A DNA stretch of 58,999 bases, taken from a virus. Location: the UHGV virus genome UHGV-0092096; one strand, given 5' to 3'. Made by a program: the position numbers and the translations under genes. Under the pieces are notes generated by a model that did no database searches, had not been told where the DNA came from, and saw nothing but the letters and a program-made list of their open reading frames with translations. This document shows positions 9,876 through 19,285 of the stretch, in pieces. The first letter of the stretch is position 1. Every line of letters begins with the position of its first letter.

Positions 9876-10603
9876 GTCCGTAAATCACTCCATTCAGAAA
9901 TCTTTCCATTGGCAGAATTTGCAGTAGATACACTCTGATTTAAGTAACTCTCAAATTTAGTCCCGAACAATGTCTCTGGTCTCAAAAACTTGCTCATGTT
10001 TGTCCCGTTCCACTCAGCGTATTTCTTGTCAATCACTGCTTTGAAATCATCAACAGTGAAATGTTCATTCAGTCTTGCTCTAATATGCTTCTGAGTGCTT
10101 TGAGTTTGATATCTGTATCTTGCTCCGGTTCTCATATTCAAGTACGATATGATTTCTTTGATTGGCTCAATCTGACTGCTTGTTTCCTCAATTTGTGCGA
10201 TTTCTCTATCAGATGTAATCTTGTCAGTTGCCTGGATGCATCTCTTATCCATCTGAGATTCATCAAGAGTGTAAGCCTTGTTCTTTTTCAACCCAAGCAT
10301 TTTCTTTTCGTCAATGCAGTCGGTTGGCTTATATCGGTCAGATTGAATGTAGTTATGCATTCTCCAATGCTTGATTACGATAACACCACTTTCAAATGTC
10401 AGAATGAATCTCTTCATAATTAACAAGTCATAATCATCATTTGAAGCACCGCACATTCTCTGAATCTTCCGTGGATTGCTAACAAATCCATCATCGTCAG
10501 CATTCATCGAAAGATGGAAGTAAAGCATCTGAGAGCTGCTAGGCATTCCCAAAAATTCATCTGATTCTGTGATTCTTTTCGTAAACATTCTTCTCTCTCC
10601 CAA
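9872..10603 (-). CDS. Phage replisome organizer (DnaD-like, N-terminal replisome-organizer domain)
   Basis: MFTKRITESDEFLGMPSSSQMLYFHLSMNADDDGFVSNPRKIQRMCGAS matches the replisome-organizer N-terminal signature seen in many Firmicutes phages. Confidence 0.65.
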   Translation of the reverse strand: MGERRMFTKRITESDEFLGMPSSSQMLYFHLSMNADDDGFVSNPRKIQRMCGASNDDYDLLIMKRFILTFESGVIVIKHWRMHNYIQSDRYKPTDCIDEKKMLGLKKNKAYTLDESQMDKRCIQATDKITSDREIAQIEETSSQIEPIKEIISYLNMRTGARYRYQTQSTQKHIRARLNEHFTVDDFKAVIDKKYAEWNGTNMSKFLRPETLFGTKFESYLNQSVSTANSANGKISEWSDLRT

Positions 10604-10604
10604 A

Positions 10605-11033
10605 TCAAGCTCCCCCTGACTTTAATTCTGCCTTTCTTTTTAAATATCTCTTTCTGTCATATTCTTTCTTGTGTTCCATGTGAGATTTTCTCCACTTTTT
10701 ACATTTTTTCGTATTGCAATCAGTGTCATAAGAACTGGAACGATTCTTTTTAATCCTTTCCTTATTCTTCAGATAATATTGCTTATTGTATTCAGAACGA
10801 TCTCTTTTGACCGGATGCTCTTTCCTGTACAGCTTTTCTCTCTCTGCTCTGTATTCATTGTCCGTACCTTTATGATACTTTTCACCTGTTGACTCTTCGT
10901 AAAATTGATAGTCTCGATTATTAGTCTCTGACATATCGCTTGACGTAAGTTCGTCCCATATACAATCGGAATACGGACAATTAAAGCAATCTGGATGGCA
11001 ACACTTTTTCGGCTTATGAGAACGGGAGTTCAT
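10605..11033 (-). CDS. Hypothetical basic Cys-rich protein
   Basis: KKCCHPDCFNCPYSDC motif. Start placed at the internal Met (MNSRSH) to limit overlap with ssb. Confidence 0.35.
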   Translation of the reverse strand: MNSRSHKPKKCCHPDCFNCPYSDCIWDELTSSDMSETNNRDYQFYEESTGEKYHKGTDNEYRAEREKLYRKEHPVKRDRSEYNKQYYLKNKERIKKNRSSSYDTDCNTKKCKKWRKSHMEHKKEYDRKRYLKRKAELKSGGA

Positions 11034-11442
11034 CTTCAGCGCCTTCAGGAATAGACATAAAATCGTCTCCACTAGAACCATATGGTGATTTTCCAACTTC
11101 TGCATTGCTGTGTTCATTACTCTCTGATTTACTCTGAGCGATTTCCTGTGACTCTACGATAATCTCTGTCGTAAAGACAGTCTGTCCATCTTTGTTTTTG
11201 TAACTGCCAGTCTGAATTCTTCCAGTAATCGCAACTCTCATTCCTTTTCGGAAATATTTCTCTGTGAATTCTGCTGATTTCCCAAACACTGTACAATTGA
11301 TAAAATCAACTGTAGGCTCACCGTCTCTCTTCCATTTTCTTTCAACTGCCAGTGAAAACTTTGCTACTGAAACACTTTCATTTTGTCCATATCTCACTTC
11401 TGGGTCACGGACAAGTCTGCCAACTAAACTTACATTATTCAT
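11014..11442 (-). CDS. ssb: Single-stranded DNA-binding protein
   Basis: OB-fold N-terminus (VSLVGRLVRDPEVRY...) and an acidic C-terminal tail ending in DELPFS. Confidence 0.85.
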   Translation of the reverse strand: MNNVSLVGRLVRDPEVRYGQNESVSVAKFSLAVERKWKRDGEPTVDFINCTVFGKSAEFTEKYFRKGMRVAITGRIQTGSYKNKDGQTVFTTEIIVESQEIAQSKSESNEHSNAEVGKSPYGSSGDDFMSIPEGAEDELPFS

Positions 11443-11840
11443 TCTTCTACCTCTGATATAACCATTTTAATTCTCGGATTCTGTCTGTCAACATCTGTAT
11501 GAAACTCGCTGTCAAGTACGCAATCATATTTGTCAGAAGATAAGATTCCGCACTGTTGTAATGCATCAAGTGCAGATTTCTCTACTGCTGCATATACATT
11601 TCCTCTGTCGTGATTCTTATTCTCAACATAGATATAATAGGTGCATCTGATCGGAGTTTTCAGTTTTACCCCTCTCATGCATTTGTAGAAAGCTTTCTTG
11701 CACGTATCATCATTCATGCTTTTGACAAAGTTTCTGTACTTCTTTGTTCTAGGATCATATTTTCTCCCGGCAAGTAACTCATTAAGTCCCCTTATCGGAA
11801 ACTGACCGTTCTTGTTGTCTATAGTCACATGATATTCCAT
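11439..11840 (-). CDS. RusA-like Holliday-junction resolvase
   Basis: Size and the D/E-rich pattern (ALDALQQCGILSSDKYDCVLDSEFHTDVD) are consistent with RusA. Confidence 0.45.
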   Translation of the reverse strand: MEYHVTIDNKNGQFPIRGLNELLAGRKYDPRTKKYRNFVKSMNDDTCKKAFYKCMRGVKLKTPIRCTYYIYVENKNHDRGNVYAAVEKSALDALQQCGILSSDKYDCVLDSEFHTDVDRQNPRIKMVISEVEE

Positions 11841-12694
11841 TACTTATCACCCTTTTTCTCGTTCTCTTCTTCCTCTTTCATCAGCTCTGAAATCTGACTC
11901 GCTGTCTTCGGTTGCTCGAACCAATCTGAGACGGTTGTTTCTTTGTGAATCAGACCGTTATAGATTCCGGTATATTCAACAAGTTCGTCAGAAGTCATTG
12001 TCTCAACTTTGTGGTTCAGACGTTTCTCAATCATTTCCTGTGTCACGCCTTTCTTAGAGAAGTACGCAACCAGTGTTCTTACTCTGTCAGACAGTGGTAA
12101 GCTCTCTTCTCCCCTGAGAGTCTTCTTGCACTCATTGATACAGTTTTCGATAAGGTCAGGTGGCAAAATCGCAAGGATACGGCTTCTGAGTCTTCTTGCT
12201 CCATCGTTTGCGGTCTTCTCATAGATATCACGCTGAGATGTGAGCTTGCTATTCCCATATCTAGTCTCCCTGATATGCTCAACGGTAAAGTTCTGACTGG
12301 AAATAGTGTTCGTCTCCAAATCCCAAGCGTAGGCCTGCATTTCCGAACGTCCATCTTCATGTGAAAGCTCTTTAATACCGTAATCCATGTTCCCGTAGCA
12401 GCGAGCAAGCTCCTCAGCAAATCTGATCGTAACTCCTGTCACAGTCTCTTTTCCTCTTGGATAGGAATAGAACGCACTTTCAGCAAATCCTTTCCGCTGA
12501 CACGCTTCAATCGCCTTTGCGTAAGACTGTGTGTAGTTTCTAGGAAACTGTTTCGCCAACAGAAGCTTTCCCTGTGCTTCTACCATGGCTCTGCTTGACT
12601 CAATAGCAACGGTTCCCTGATTTATTTTTGATGTATCAGCCAGTGGAATTGCAGGTGTTCCTACCTGATACTCTTTTACTTCATTGTTTGACAT
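11840..12694 (-). CDS. Single-strand annealing protein (RecT/Red-beta-like)
   Basis: A 284-aa protein directly downstream of a YqaJ-type exonuclease; the classic exo plus annealase pairing. Confidence 0.5.
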   Translation of the reverse strand: MSNNEVKEYQVGTPAIPLADTSKINQGTVAIESSRAMVEAQGKLLLAKQFPRNYTQSYAKAIEACQRKGFAESAFYSYPRGKETVTGVTIRFAEELARCYGNMDYGIKELSHEDGRSEMQAYAWDLETNTISSQNFTVEHIRETRYGNSKLTSQRDIYEKTANDGARRLRSRILAILPPDLIENCINECKKTLRGEESLPLSDRVRTLVAYFSKKGVTQEMIEKRLNHKVETMTSDELVEYTGIYNGLIHKETTVSDWFEQPKTASQISELMKEEEENEKKGDK

Positions 12695-12708
12695 AGTTGT
12701 TTATCCTC

Positions 12709-13521
12709 CTATTCAAATTCTTTCTGTAACCATTTTGGCAATCCAAGACTCTGTACGTCACCGGTTTCGCCCATGTATCCATACCAATTGTCAGTAACCT
12801 TGCAGTTATGGTGTATTTCCATCAAATCGTGAAATAGATTCTTTCCCTCAATCATCATGTATTCATCAGCTTGAAGAATGTTGATCGCATACGGCGGTTT
12901 CTTTTCCTGTGCCACGAAAATGAATATCGCATCTTCACCAGTGTTCGCTTTGTACCCCTCGCAGTACATTCCGGCTTGCAGATCATATCCATATTTGATA
13001 GCCGTTGCTCTGAAAGCTTCTGTTTCTGCGTTGTCCGTGGTTTTATAGTCAACAAGGATGTGCTGATTTCCAATAATTGTAATATCATCCGGTCTACACT
13101 TGCACTCTTCTCCTGTCTGTTCATCAGTCCAGAAAAATGACTTTTCATGTTCACCGGAAAGAAGTCTCTTTGCAAACTTGTTGGAATCGACCACTTCTGC
13201 CATGGATTTTATTTTCTCCATGTCATCAGAAGAAACCACGTCTTTCCCCTCATTTTCTTCTAGCCACTTAGCATATTCTTCTTTTCCGGCTTTAGTTCTC
13301 CTGTCCACGTTCAAAGCAACAGCAAATTCACTGTCAAAATCATCACGCTCAAGAATATACTTGTGGCATGCACTTCCGAATATGAGTGCTGCTGTTTTGT
13401 CTTCCTTGTTCTCCATTGACCATTTAAAATGAAGTGGAGACTTTGTAATCTTGAACAAGTCTGATTTACTGATTGCCGGATGCGCTCTATATTCGCTTTG
13501 TGGAATTGATAATCCAGCCAT
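12709..13521 (-). CDS. PD-(D/E)XK exonuclease (YqaJ / lambda-exo-like)
   Basis: GSACHKYIL and ILVDYKTT motifs. Confidence 0.6.
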   Translation of the reverse strand: MAGLSIPQSEYRAHPAISKSDLFKITKSPLHFKWSMENKEDKTAALIFGSACHKYILERDDFDSEFAVALNVDRRTKAGKEEYAKWLEENEGKDVVSSDDMEKIKSMAEVVDSNKFAKRLLSGEHEKSFFWTDEQTGEECKCRPDDITIIGNQHILVDYKTTDNAETEAFRATAIKYGYDLQAGMYCEGYKANTGEDAIFIFVAQEKKPPYAINILQADEYMMIEGKNLFHDLMEIHHNCKVTDNWYGYMGETGDVQSLGLPKWLQKEFE

Positions 13522-13718
13522 CAGAATTCCCCTCCCTCGTCTTCCTTATTGAATGGAATAGAACAAATACTTGCGATTTTCTTTTTATCAATATAATCAC
13601 TTGATTCTGATTCGATTTCAGCACTGATATGTTCTTTCAATACCCTGAGTTCCGCTTCCTTTCTGAGCAATACCATGAGCGTTTCCATTGGAATAGTTAC
13701 TTTTACAATATCAATCAT
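13521..13718 (-). CDS. Hypothetical small protein
   Basis: RBS AGGAGGATTGT precedes the ATG. Confidence 0.45.
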   Translation of the reverse strand: MIDIVKVTIPMETLMVLLRKEAELRVLKEHISAEIESESSDYIDKKKIASICSIPFNKEDEGGEF

Positions 13719-14046
13719 ACAATCCTCCTATACTGATCGTTTAAACAATCCTCACATAATATTTCTCCTGATATGCAGTACATGTAATCTCCGTCATCGA
13801 TTTTGCATCCACAGCAAGTGCATTCTACATCAGGCTCTTCTGGTTCAAAGTTATCATCACATTTATACAAAGCTGATAAGCACTCCTTTCTCTTTGTCGA
13901 TAATTGCTCTGTTTTTGAAATCCTTCCTTATTATATGTAAGTATGCAAAATCTTCTAATGCACACTCCCATTCTTCCGGTTTTAATCCAGAAGCAGACAC
14001 GATCTCTGATTCTTCTTCGGTAAGTCCTCTTGTTTTCATGGTTCAT

Positions 14047-14205
14047 CTCCTAAATTTATCAATGCTCTTCGTCTTGTTCGTGTACTTATTGATAATCTTC
14101 AAGTAGAATTCTGTTTCCTCAAGAAGCATCCAGTCTTTGGCGTTCAGATAATGTGCTGCTACACACTTCTTTTGCCACAATGAAAGTTTCTTTGGTTGTT
14201 TCATT
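14047..14205 (-). CDS. Hypothetical small protein (~52 aa)
   Basis: Strong RBS AGGAGGAGAAATG. Encodes MKQPKKLSLWQKKCVAAHYLN.... Too short to appear in the supplied track. Confidence 0.3.
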
Positions 14206-14289
14206 TCTCCTCCTATGCTATTATTAAGTTGGTTTTATAGCCGAGTGCCAGAAGGTTGCCGCCTTTGTTATGGCACTCTTTTTAATATC

Positions 14290-14461
14290 CGCATATCGCC
14301 CATACCGCTGTCATAAGCAGTGGGATTGCTACTGATATAACTCCTACAAGAAATGGTGTCAGGTCATCGTCAGATTCATCTTCTTCCATCACTGGGAGTT
14401 CTCTTCGGATATCAATTACTTCAAGCTTCTTCCTTTTGATATCAATTACATCTAACATTTA
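14290..14461 (-). CDS. Hypothetical small protein with C-terminal transmembrane segment (~57 aa)
   Basis: RBS AGAGGATAAATAAATG. Encodes MLDVIDIKRKK...LVGVISVAIPLLMTAVWAICGY. Confidence 0.3.
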
Positions 14462-14470
14462 TTTATCCTC

Positions 14471-14710
14471 TTAGTTACGAGGAATCATGTCCTCTGTCAT
14501 TGCGTAGAAATCGCTGAGGTACGCTCCGTCTTCTGTGATACTTAAATCAACAGCAACGTTGTTTTCGTTCATCAGCATGATTCTCAACGCACACTCTTCT
14601 CCGATTGTTCCGTTACCAACAGATAAGACATTGAACCCTTTCAGTGCGTGAAGTTCTTCAGAATCTCCATTAATTCTCTTATCGACAATCTTTTTCTTCA
14701 TTGCTTTCAC
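14471..14710 (-). CDS. Hypothetical protein
   Basis: ORF in chain. Confidence 0.4.
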   Translation of the reverse strand: MKAMKKKIVDKRINGDSEELHALKGFNVLSVGNGTIGEECALRIMLMNENNVAVDLSITEDGAYLSDFYAMTEDMIPRN

Positions 14711-14730
14711 CTCTCTTCGTCAGTACCCAC

Positions 14731-15480
14731 TCACGCTGCCTGCTCAATCACCGGAACATAGCCATGTTTTTTCAATTCTTCGTAAAGAAATAGGCGACCT
14801 TTCTGTGACCATTCAGTCTGCATTGCAACATCAGGTCTTCCATCAGTCCTTGTAATATCAATCGTCCGGCTGTGAACATATCCATTATTTTGATATTTGG
14901 AATATAGAACCCATTGACCACCGACCTTGTATTGAATTTTTAATTCCTTAAGAATCTGATTAAACTTTCTTCCACTCATTCCGTAGTCTTTTGCAATCTG
15001 CGTGATAGTTACCAGCGACTTCGATTGAAGAATCTTGTCTACATAATTTGCTTTTGGCTGCAATTCAGTGATAATCTGCTGCTGTTCAATAACCTGATCT
15101 CCAAGAAATTTGCATCTGTCTTTCAGGGATTCGATTGACTGACTTGCCATCTTGAGCGCCCTAGCCATAATCTGCTCTGGTGTGTTCCAGGCTTTTTCCA
15201 AGTCCAAGAAATATTGTCTGATTTCTTTTCCTTCCGGTGTTCTCTGAATCATGCAAATCTGTTTTGCCATATCAATGGAAATGTCATACTCTGTTGAAGG
15301 TCTACCTCCTGTACTTTCAGACATTTTTGTCCAAAAGTCTTTTCCAGCTTCAAAACCGTAATCACACATTCTGTCTATCCACTTCTTAAATGGTGTTTCA
15401 ATATGAAGCTGTTCATGCAATTCTCTTGCCGATACTGTTGGTTCCTCTGTTTCAAAATTGATTTTTAGTAATTCGTTCAT
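14731..15480 (-). CDS. Phage antirepressor (N-terminal domain plus KilA-C/ANT C-terminal domain)
   Basis: C-terminal ITQIAKDYGMSGRKFNQILKELKIQYKVGGQWVLYSKY matches the antirepressor KilAC domain. Confidence 0.65.
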   Translation of the reverse strand: MNELLKINFETEEPTVSARELHEQLHIETPFKKWIDRMCDYGFEAGKDFWTKMSESTGGRPSTEYDISIDMAKQICMIQRTPEGKEIRQYFLDLEKAWNTPEQIMARALKMASQSIESLKDRCKFLGDQVIEQQQIITELQPKANYVDKILQSKSLVTITQIAKDYGMSGRKFNQILKELKIQYKVGGQWVLYSKYQNNGYVHSRTIDITRTDGRPDVAMQTEWSQKGRLFLYEELKKHGYVPVIEQAA

Positions 15481-15553
15481 CCTGCATCGCCTTTCTAAAT
15501 ATATTTTTCTGTGTTATAATCTCCTTAAATTGATATAAGGAGGTGAATTTGAA

Positions 15554-15736
15554 ATGGATAATAATCAACTTGCTTCTTCCTATGCAACTGCTAAGTGTTG
15601 CGGCTTTACTGGTTCTTTCGATGAGTTCAAGGAAATGTACGACCAATACTACTCTGAAATCATCAAAGAACTTCCTACCGGAGAAAACTCTGTCGATGTA
15701 GCTAAGAACCCATTCAATCTTTCTAACTACCGATAG
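15554..15736 (+). CDS. Hypothetical small protein (plus strand)
   Basis: Good RBS AAGGAGGTGAATTTGAAATG. Confidence 0.35.
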   Translation: MDNNQLASSYATAKCCGFTGSFDEFKEMYDQYYSEIIKELPTGENSVDVAKNPFNLSNYR

Positions 15737-15739
15737 TCG

Positions 15740-15902
15740 CTAATGCTCCAACAAGGGAATTGAGAATTTTGCATCTCTGTAATGTTCTTTCAATTCCCTC
15801 TCCTTTTTCCATGTCTTCGCAAATGGAAAGTGCATAAAATTCTACGCAATCTCTCAGCGTCTTCACCTCTTCTTCATTTGAATAACCCTTTGTCTTAACC
15901 AT
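15740..15902 (-). CDS. Hypothetical small protein (~54 aa) downstream of cro-like gene
   Basis: RBS AGAGGAGAG then ATG. Encodes MVKTKGYSNEEEVKTLRDCVEFYALSICEDMEKG.... The O1 palindrome sits just upstream. Confidence 0.3.
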
Positions 15903-15918
15903 CTTTTCTCTCCTCTCT

Positions 15919-16149
15919 TTAAAGTTCAGAATCTTGAACTTTCATCGTAAAAAAATAGTCATGAATATCGCTTTCTGATAAATTCAAAGCTTCAATCGCT
16001 CTGCAAATCTCATCCTGTCTCCACATGACATTTCCGTTGAGTTTCAGCGATAATGTGCGCTCTGAGCACTGCATAGCCTTTGCGAACTCAGTCTGACTTC
16101 CGTATTTTTCTACGATTTTTCCTCTTAGTTTGCTGTAATCAAATGACAT
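15919..16149 (-). CDS. Cro-like XRE-family HTH regulator
   Basis: HTH segment QTEFAKAMQCSERTLSLKLNG. Divergent from the cI-like gene. RBS AAGGAGAT. Confidence 0.7.
   Translation of the reverse strand: MSFDYSKLRGKIVEKYGSQTEFAKAMQCSERTLSLKLNGNVMWRQDEICRAIEALNLSESDIHDYFFTMKVQDSEL
15921..15942. promoter_or_regulatory. Operator-like palindrome O1 (AAAGTTCA-gaatct-TGAACTTT)
   Basis: Perfect inverted repeat sharing TTGAACT/AGTTCAA half-sites with O2 and O3. Confidence 0.5.
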
Positions 16150-16166
16150 CTTTTTATCTCCTTTCT

Positions 16167-16184
16167 AGTTCAATATCTTGAACT
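16167..16184. promoter_or_regulatory. Operator palindrome O2 (AGTTCAA-tatc-TTGAACT) between the cro promoter and the cro RBS
   Basis: Perfect 7-bp inverted repeat; same half-site as O1. Confidence 0.55.
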
Positions 16185-16190
16185 TCTTAA

Positions 16191-16219
16191 ATCATATCAT
16201 TGCAATTTCAGTATGTCAA
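16191..16219 (-). promoter_or_regulatory. Sigma-A promoter for the cro-like gene (TTGACA-17-TATGAT)
   Basis: The minus strand reads TTGACATACTGAAATTGCAATGATATGAT. Confidence 0.55.
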
Positions 16220-16258
16220 TACTTTTGTTCAACTTTTTTAACTTTTTAGTTTTGCTTA

Positions 16259-16287
16259 TTGAACTTTTATTCAAATAGTGTTATATT
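16259..16287 (+). promoter_or_regulatory. Promoter for the cI-like gene (TTGAAC-17-TGtTATATT) overlapping operator O3 (TTGAACttttatTCAAA)
   Basis: -35/-10 elements spaced 17 bp; an operator half-site overlaps the -35 box. Confidence 0.45.
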
Positions 16288-16312
16288 ATTTATCGGAAAG
16301 GAGGTGTTACAA

Positions 16313-16708
16313 ATGAAAATAAGCAGTTCTTCTATTAGATTAAAAGAAATAATGGAAAAACAAAATTTAAAGCAAATTGATATACTGAATAAAACATTGC
16401 CATTTTGCGAAAAATATAACGTAAAAATGAACAAGTCTAATATAAGCCAATATGTTTCCGGCAAAGTTGAGCCGAGTCAAGATAAAATTATGGTATTATC
16501 AATGGCTCTTGGAGTAAGTGAAGGATGGCTGATGGGATTTGATGATGAAACAAAAGAGTATTCAGAAGGTAAAGCTAAGGTTTCAAAAGAAATCGCTGAA
16601 GAAGATTTTGAATTTTATAACAAACTCTCTTTATTGAATAAAGAGGAACAAGAAATAATTATGAATTTAATAAATTATATGCTATCGCATAAAAAGAGCG
16701 AGGACTAA
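16313..16708 (+). CDS. CI-like XRE-family HTH repressor
   Basis: N-terminal HTH (NISQYVSGKVEPSQDKIMVLSMALGVSEGWLMG). RBS GGAAAGGAGGTG. Opposite strand to the lytic genes. Confidence 0.65.
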   Translation: MKISSSSIRLKEIMEKQNLKQIDILNKTLPFCEKYNVKMNKSNISQYVSGKVEPSQDKIMVLSMALGVSEGWLMGFDDETKEYSEGKAKVSKEIAEEDFEFYNKLSLLNKEEQEIIMNLINYMLSHKKSED

Positions 16709-16876
16709 CCCCACTCTTCTAAAAAAAGTTTAACGAATGTGTGCAGGTACTCTATTGTGCCTGCGCTTTCTATTTTAACGATCATTTCTATTAGTTGCAA
16801 TCTCAGTCTCTCTTTCTCATCCATAAAAATCACCCCTGACCCATCTATAAGAGAACCGAATAACGATTATTAAGAA

Positions 16877-17080
16877 TTAATCATCAATAAATTTGAAGAT
16901 ATCACTTGCAAGATTGTCAGCACTGGTGTAAGATGCAAGAGGAAATCGATCAAATTGGTCTGACTTTGACTCCGGGACAATCGTTCCAACATATGAGGAC
17001 AACTGTCTCATGTACTCAGTTTCACCAATAATCGGTCTCACAGATAATAAGTATGCAATAGTGTTTAAAAATTCTTTCAT
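16877..17080 (-). CDS. Hypothetical small protein
   Basis: RBS GGAGGG precedes the ATG. Confidence 0.4.
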   Translation of the reverse strand: MKEFLNTIAYLLSVRPIIGETEYMRQLSSYVGTIVPESKSDQFDRFPLASYTSADNLASDIFKFIDD

Positions 17081-17281
17081 GTGTTTGCCCTCCGTTTTTA
17101 AAATTTGTTTTTATTATAGCGGAAACGGGGGAAAAAGTACTTACTAAAATTTTTATAATTATGCATTAAATTTTTTATTCGCATCCGTGAAAAATAGACG
17201 TAAAATATTATGTCTTTATTTTTTTGGATTGGACACACAATTTTTTGGTTGCGAAATGGCAAAAAGGAGGTAAAATTTTTT

Positions 17282-17902
17282 ATGTCATCTGAGATTGAAA
17301 GAGCACAGAATTTTGGCAACATGCTTGCAAAATCAAGAACAGATGCCGGAAAAACAAGAAAGCAAATGGCTCAAGCTCTCGGAAAGTCAGTCACTACAAT
17401 TCAGAACTGGGAATCCGGAATAGGTGAGCCTGGTTACAGAACACTTGAGAAATGGTTTTCGGTGCTAGGATTAAACATGGAAAAGTACATTCTCAGCTAC
17501 CGATACCCGGACAAATTCTTAACTATTGAAAAAGATACAGAAATCGAAAAGATGGTTGACTGTATTCATGCTTACATAAACGCAAACTACACTGAGCGAG
17601 ATATTCGTCAAATGGCTTACTGTATGTTCGGAGATACTGGTTCCTCATGGCACGAGCAATTAAATATGCTGACAGCTAACAATCACTGCTCTATGCGGTC
17701 GAGAGTGAATATCTGTCAAGCTGTTTACGACAACTTCCTTATGGAAAAGGCAAGAGGTGAGCTTGCCAATGAAGATAATATAATGCCTGACCTTGCTTCT
17801 TTGAATATTGCTTTGCAAAGAGGTCGTGAAGCCGCATGCGAAAGTAAGAACGGTTACACAATGACTGGTCAAACAAGAAAGAATAACAATAAAAAGAAAT
17901 AA
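17282..17902 (+). CDS. HTH (XRE-type) DNA-binding protein with C-terminal domain of unknown function; second lysogeny-strand regulator
   Basis: HTH segment RKQMAQALGKSVTTIQNWESG. RBS AAAAAGGAGGT. No S24 peptidase motif. Confidence 0.5.
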   Translation: MSSEIERAQNFGNMLAKSRTDAGKTRKQMAQALGKSVTTIQNWESGIGEPGYRTLEKWFSVLGLNMEKYILSYRYPDKFLTIEKDTEIEKMVDCIHAYINANYTERDIRQMAYCMFGDTGSSWHEQLNMLTANNHCSMRSRVNICQAVYDNFLMEKARGELANEDNIMPDLASLNIALQRGREAACESKNGYTMTGQTRKNNNKKK

Positions 17903-17940
17903 AAAGAACCCGGGAATTTCACCCGGGATTTTTGCTTTTT
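17897..17940. terminator. Bidirectional intrinsic terminator (CCCGGG-aatttca-CCCGGG flanked by A and T tracts)
   Basis: A GC-rich hairpin lies between the convergent 17282..17902(+) gene and the endolysin(-). Confidence 0.55.
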
Positions 17941-17955
17941 AGAACAGTTGTAGTC

Positions 17956-19026
17956 TTACTCAATCCAAGCCTGGAACTTGTCAATGAATCTGTATTTGTC
18001 TCCGGCATATCCGTCCATGCCACTTGCTTTCAGTGTATCGACCTGATCTGCGTAGAAGTTCTTGTTGTTCTGTACAGAAACTCTGTAGTGAACCATCTTG
18101 TACTTGTATCCTTCCGGTGTAATGTAGTACAGCTCAACTGCAAGAATCTCTGAACCATCTCCGAGGATTCCATTCTTCTTATCATTCAGATCATAGCTAT
18201 TACCGAATGTGAGGTATGGCAACCAACCATTCTTTCTTGTGTATACTCGGCAGCGGATACTTCCCTTGCTTACCTTGATAGCAAGCCATTTGATTGAGAC
18301 ATTATCACCTTTTCCAGCCCAGTCAATTTTATTAACTACTGGCGGCCACCATCTGTCTGTGAAAGCCTGATATGTGATATCGACCTGTCCTAAGTCTTTC
18401 TTCTCTGCTGGTTTAGACGGTGTTGCCGGTGCAACACTTCCACCAAGCTCCATGTAGCAATGGTTGACGTCTACTCTTCCACTGACTCCATCTACCTGTC
18501 CATCAGAAGCATACTGCCAAATAGCATACTGACCTTTGTATGTATCTTCCGGAAGATTCTTGTATCTTGCCATCCACTCAACATATTTTCCGCGAACACT
18601 GCCAAGATAGTTGTTGAACCAGCTTAAGGATGCGTAGATTCCCGGAGTATATCCAGCTGCTTTAAGTCCTTCGCAGACAATCTCACAGCATTTAGGTGCG
18701 TATCCCTGTGTGCCTGGTTCCTCAACATCAATGAAGATAGGTAACTGGAAGGTATGACCTTTAATCAGTCTTAAAATGTGAGCAAGCTCGCTCTGTGCCT
18801 GTCTGTCACAAGTTGCGTAGCTGTACAGATAGACTCCTACCGGGATTCCAAGTCTTTCGCACTCTGCAAGGTTGCGGATCCACTGTTTATCATCCTGTGA
18901 TGCGATATCGTCTCCGTAACCACATCTAAGAATAGCTCCGGCACAACCTGACGCCTTGACTCTTTCCCAGTTGATAACTCCATTATGATAAGATACGTCA
19001 ATAATCAGATTACTCATACCATCCAC
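17956..19026 (-). CDS. Endolysin: GH25 muramidase with C-terminal cell-wall-binding region
   Basis: N-terminal IIDVSYHNGVINWERVKASGCAGAILRCGYG matches the GH25 signature. Confidence 0.8.
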   Translation of the reverse strand: MDGMSNLIIDVSYHNGVINWERVKASGCAGAILRCGYGDDIASQDDKQWIRNLAECERLGIPVGVYLYSYATCDRQAQSELAHILRLIKGHTFQLPIFIDVEEPGTQGYAPKCCEIVCEGLKAAGYTPGIYASLSWFNNYLGSVRGKYVEWMARYKNLPEDTYKGQYAIWQYASDGQVDGVSGRVDVNHCYMELGGSVAPATPSKPAEKKDLGQVDITYQAFTDRWWPPVVNKIDWAGKGDNVSIKWLAIKVSKGSIRCRVYTRKNGWLPYLTFGNSYDLNDKKNGILGDGSEILAVELYYITPEGYKYKMVHYRVSVQNNKNFYADQVDTLKASGMDGYAGDKYRFIDKFQAWIE

Positions 19027-19186
19027 CTTCTTTCAGTTCTGCTTTCTTCTGCTCAATCTCCGCTGCGTGTTCCTCTGCAAATTTCTCCATAGTTTCCAGT
19101 GAAGTCCCTTCGTTATCAGAGATTTCCTTTGCTGAAAGTCCGTAGGCGAAACTCTTAATAATTTCTTTTACCGTCTGTTCTGTCAT
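19010..19186 (-). CDS. Hypothetical small soluble protein (not a holin)
   Basis: Start at MTEQTVKE with RBS AAAGGAGAA. No transmembrane segment. Confidence 0.35.
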   Translation of the reverse strand: MTEQTVKEIIKSFAYGLSAKEISDNEGTSLETMEKFAEEHAAEIEQKKAELKEGGWYE

Positions 19187-19285
19187 GCTGTTCTCCTTTC
19201 TTTTCTCTGTTTTAAGTATAAAAATAAGACCTTTCGGTCTTGCTCTGATTTCCATATACGCATTCTTGATTAACTAAAGCCCTCT

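Noticed and set aside
13825-14046. Track ORF 13825..14046 (73 aa, Arg-rich)
   Set aside because: The alternative frame starting 7 nt downstream (ATG at ~14040, RBS GGAGATGAACC) encodes a more protein-like 58-aa product, followed by a ~49-aa zinc-ribbon peptide with a possible TTG start. The Arg-rich frame is judged spurious.
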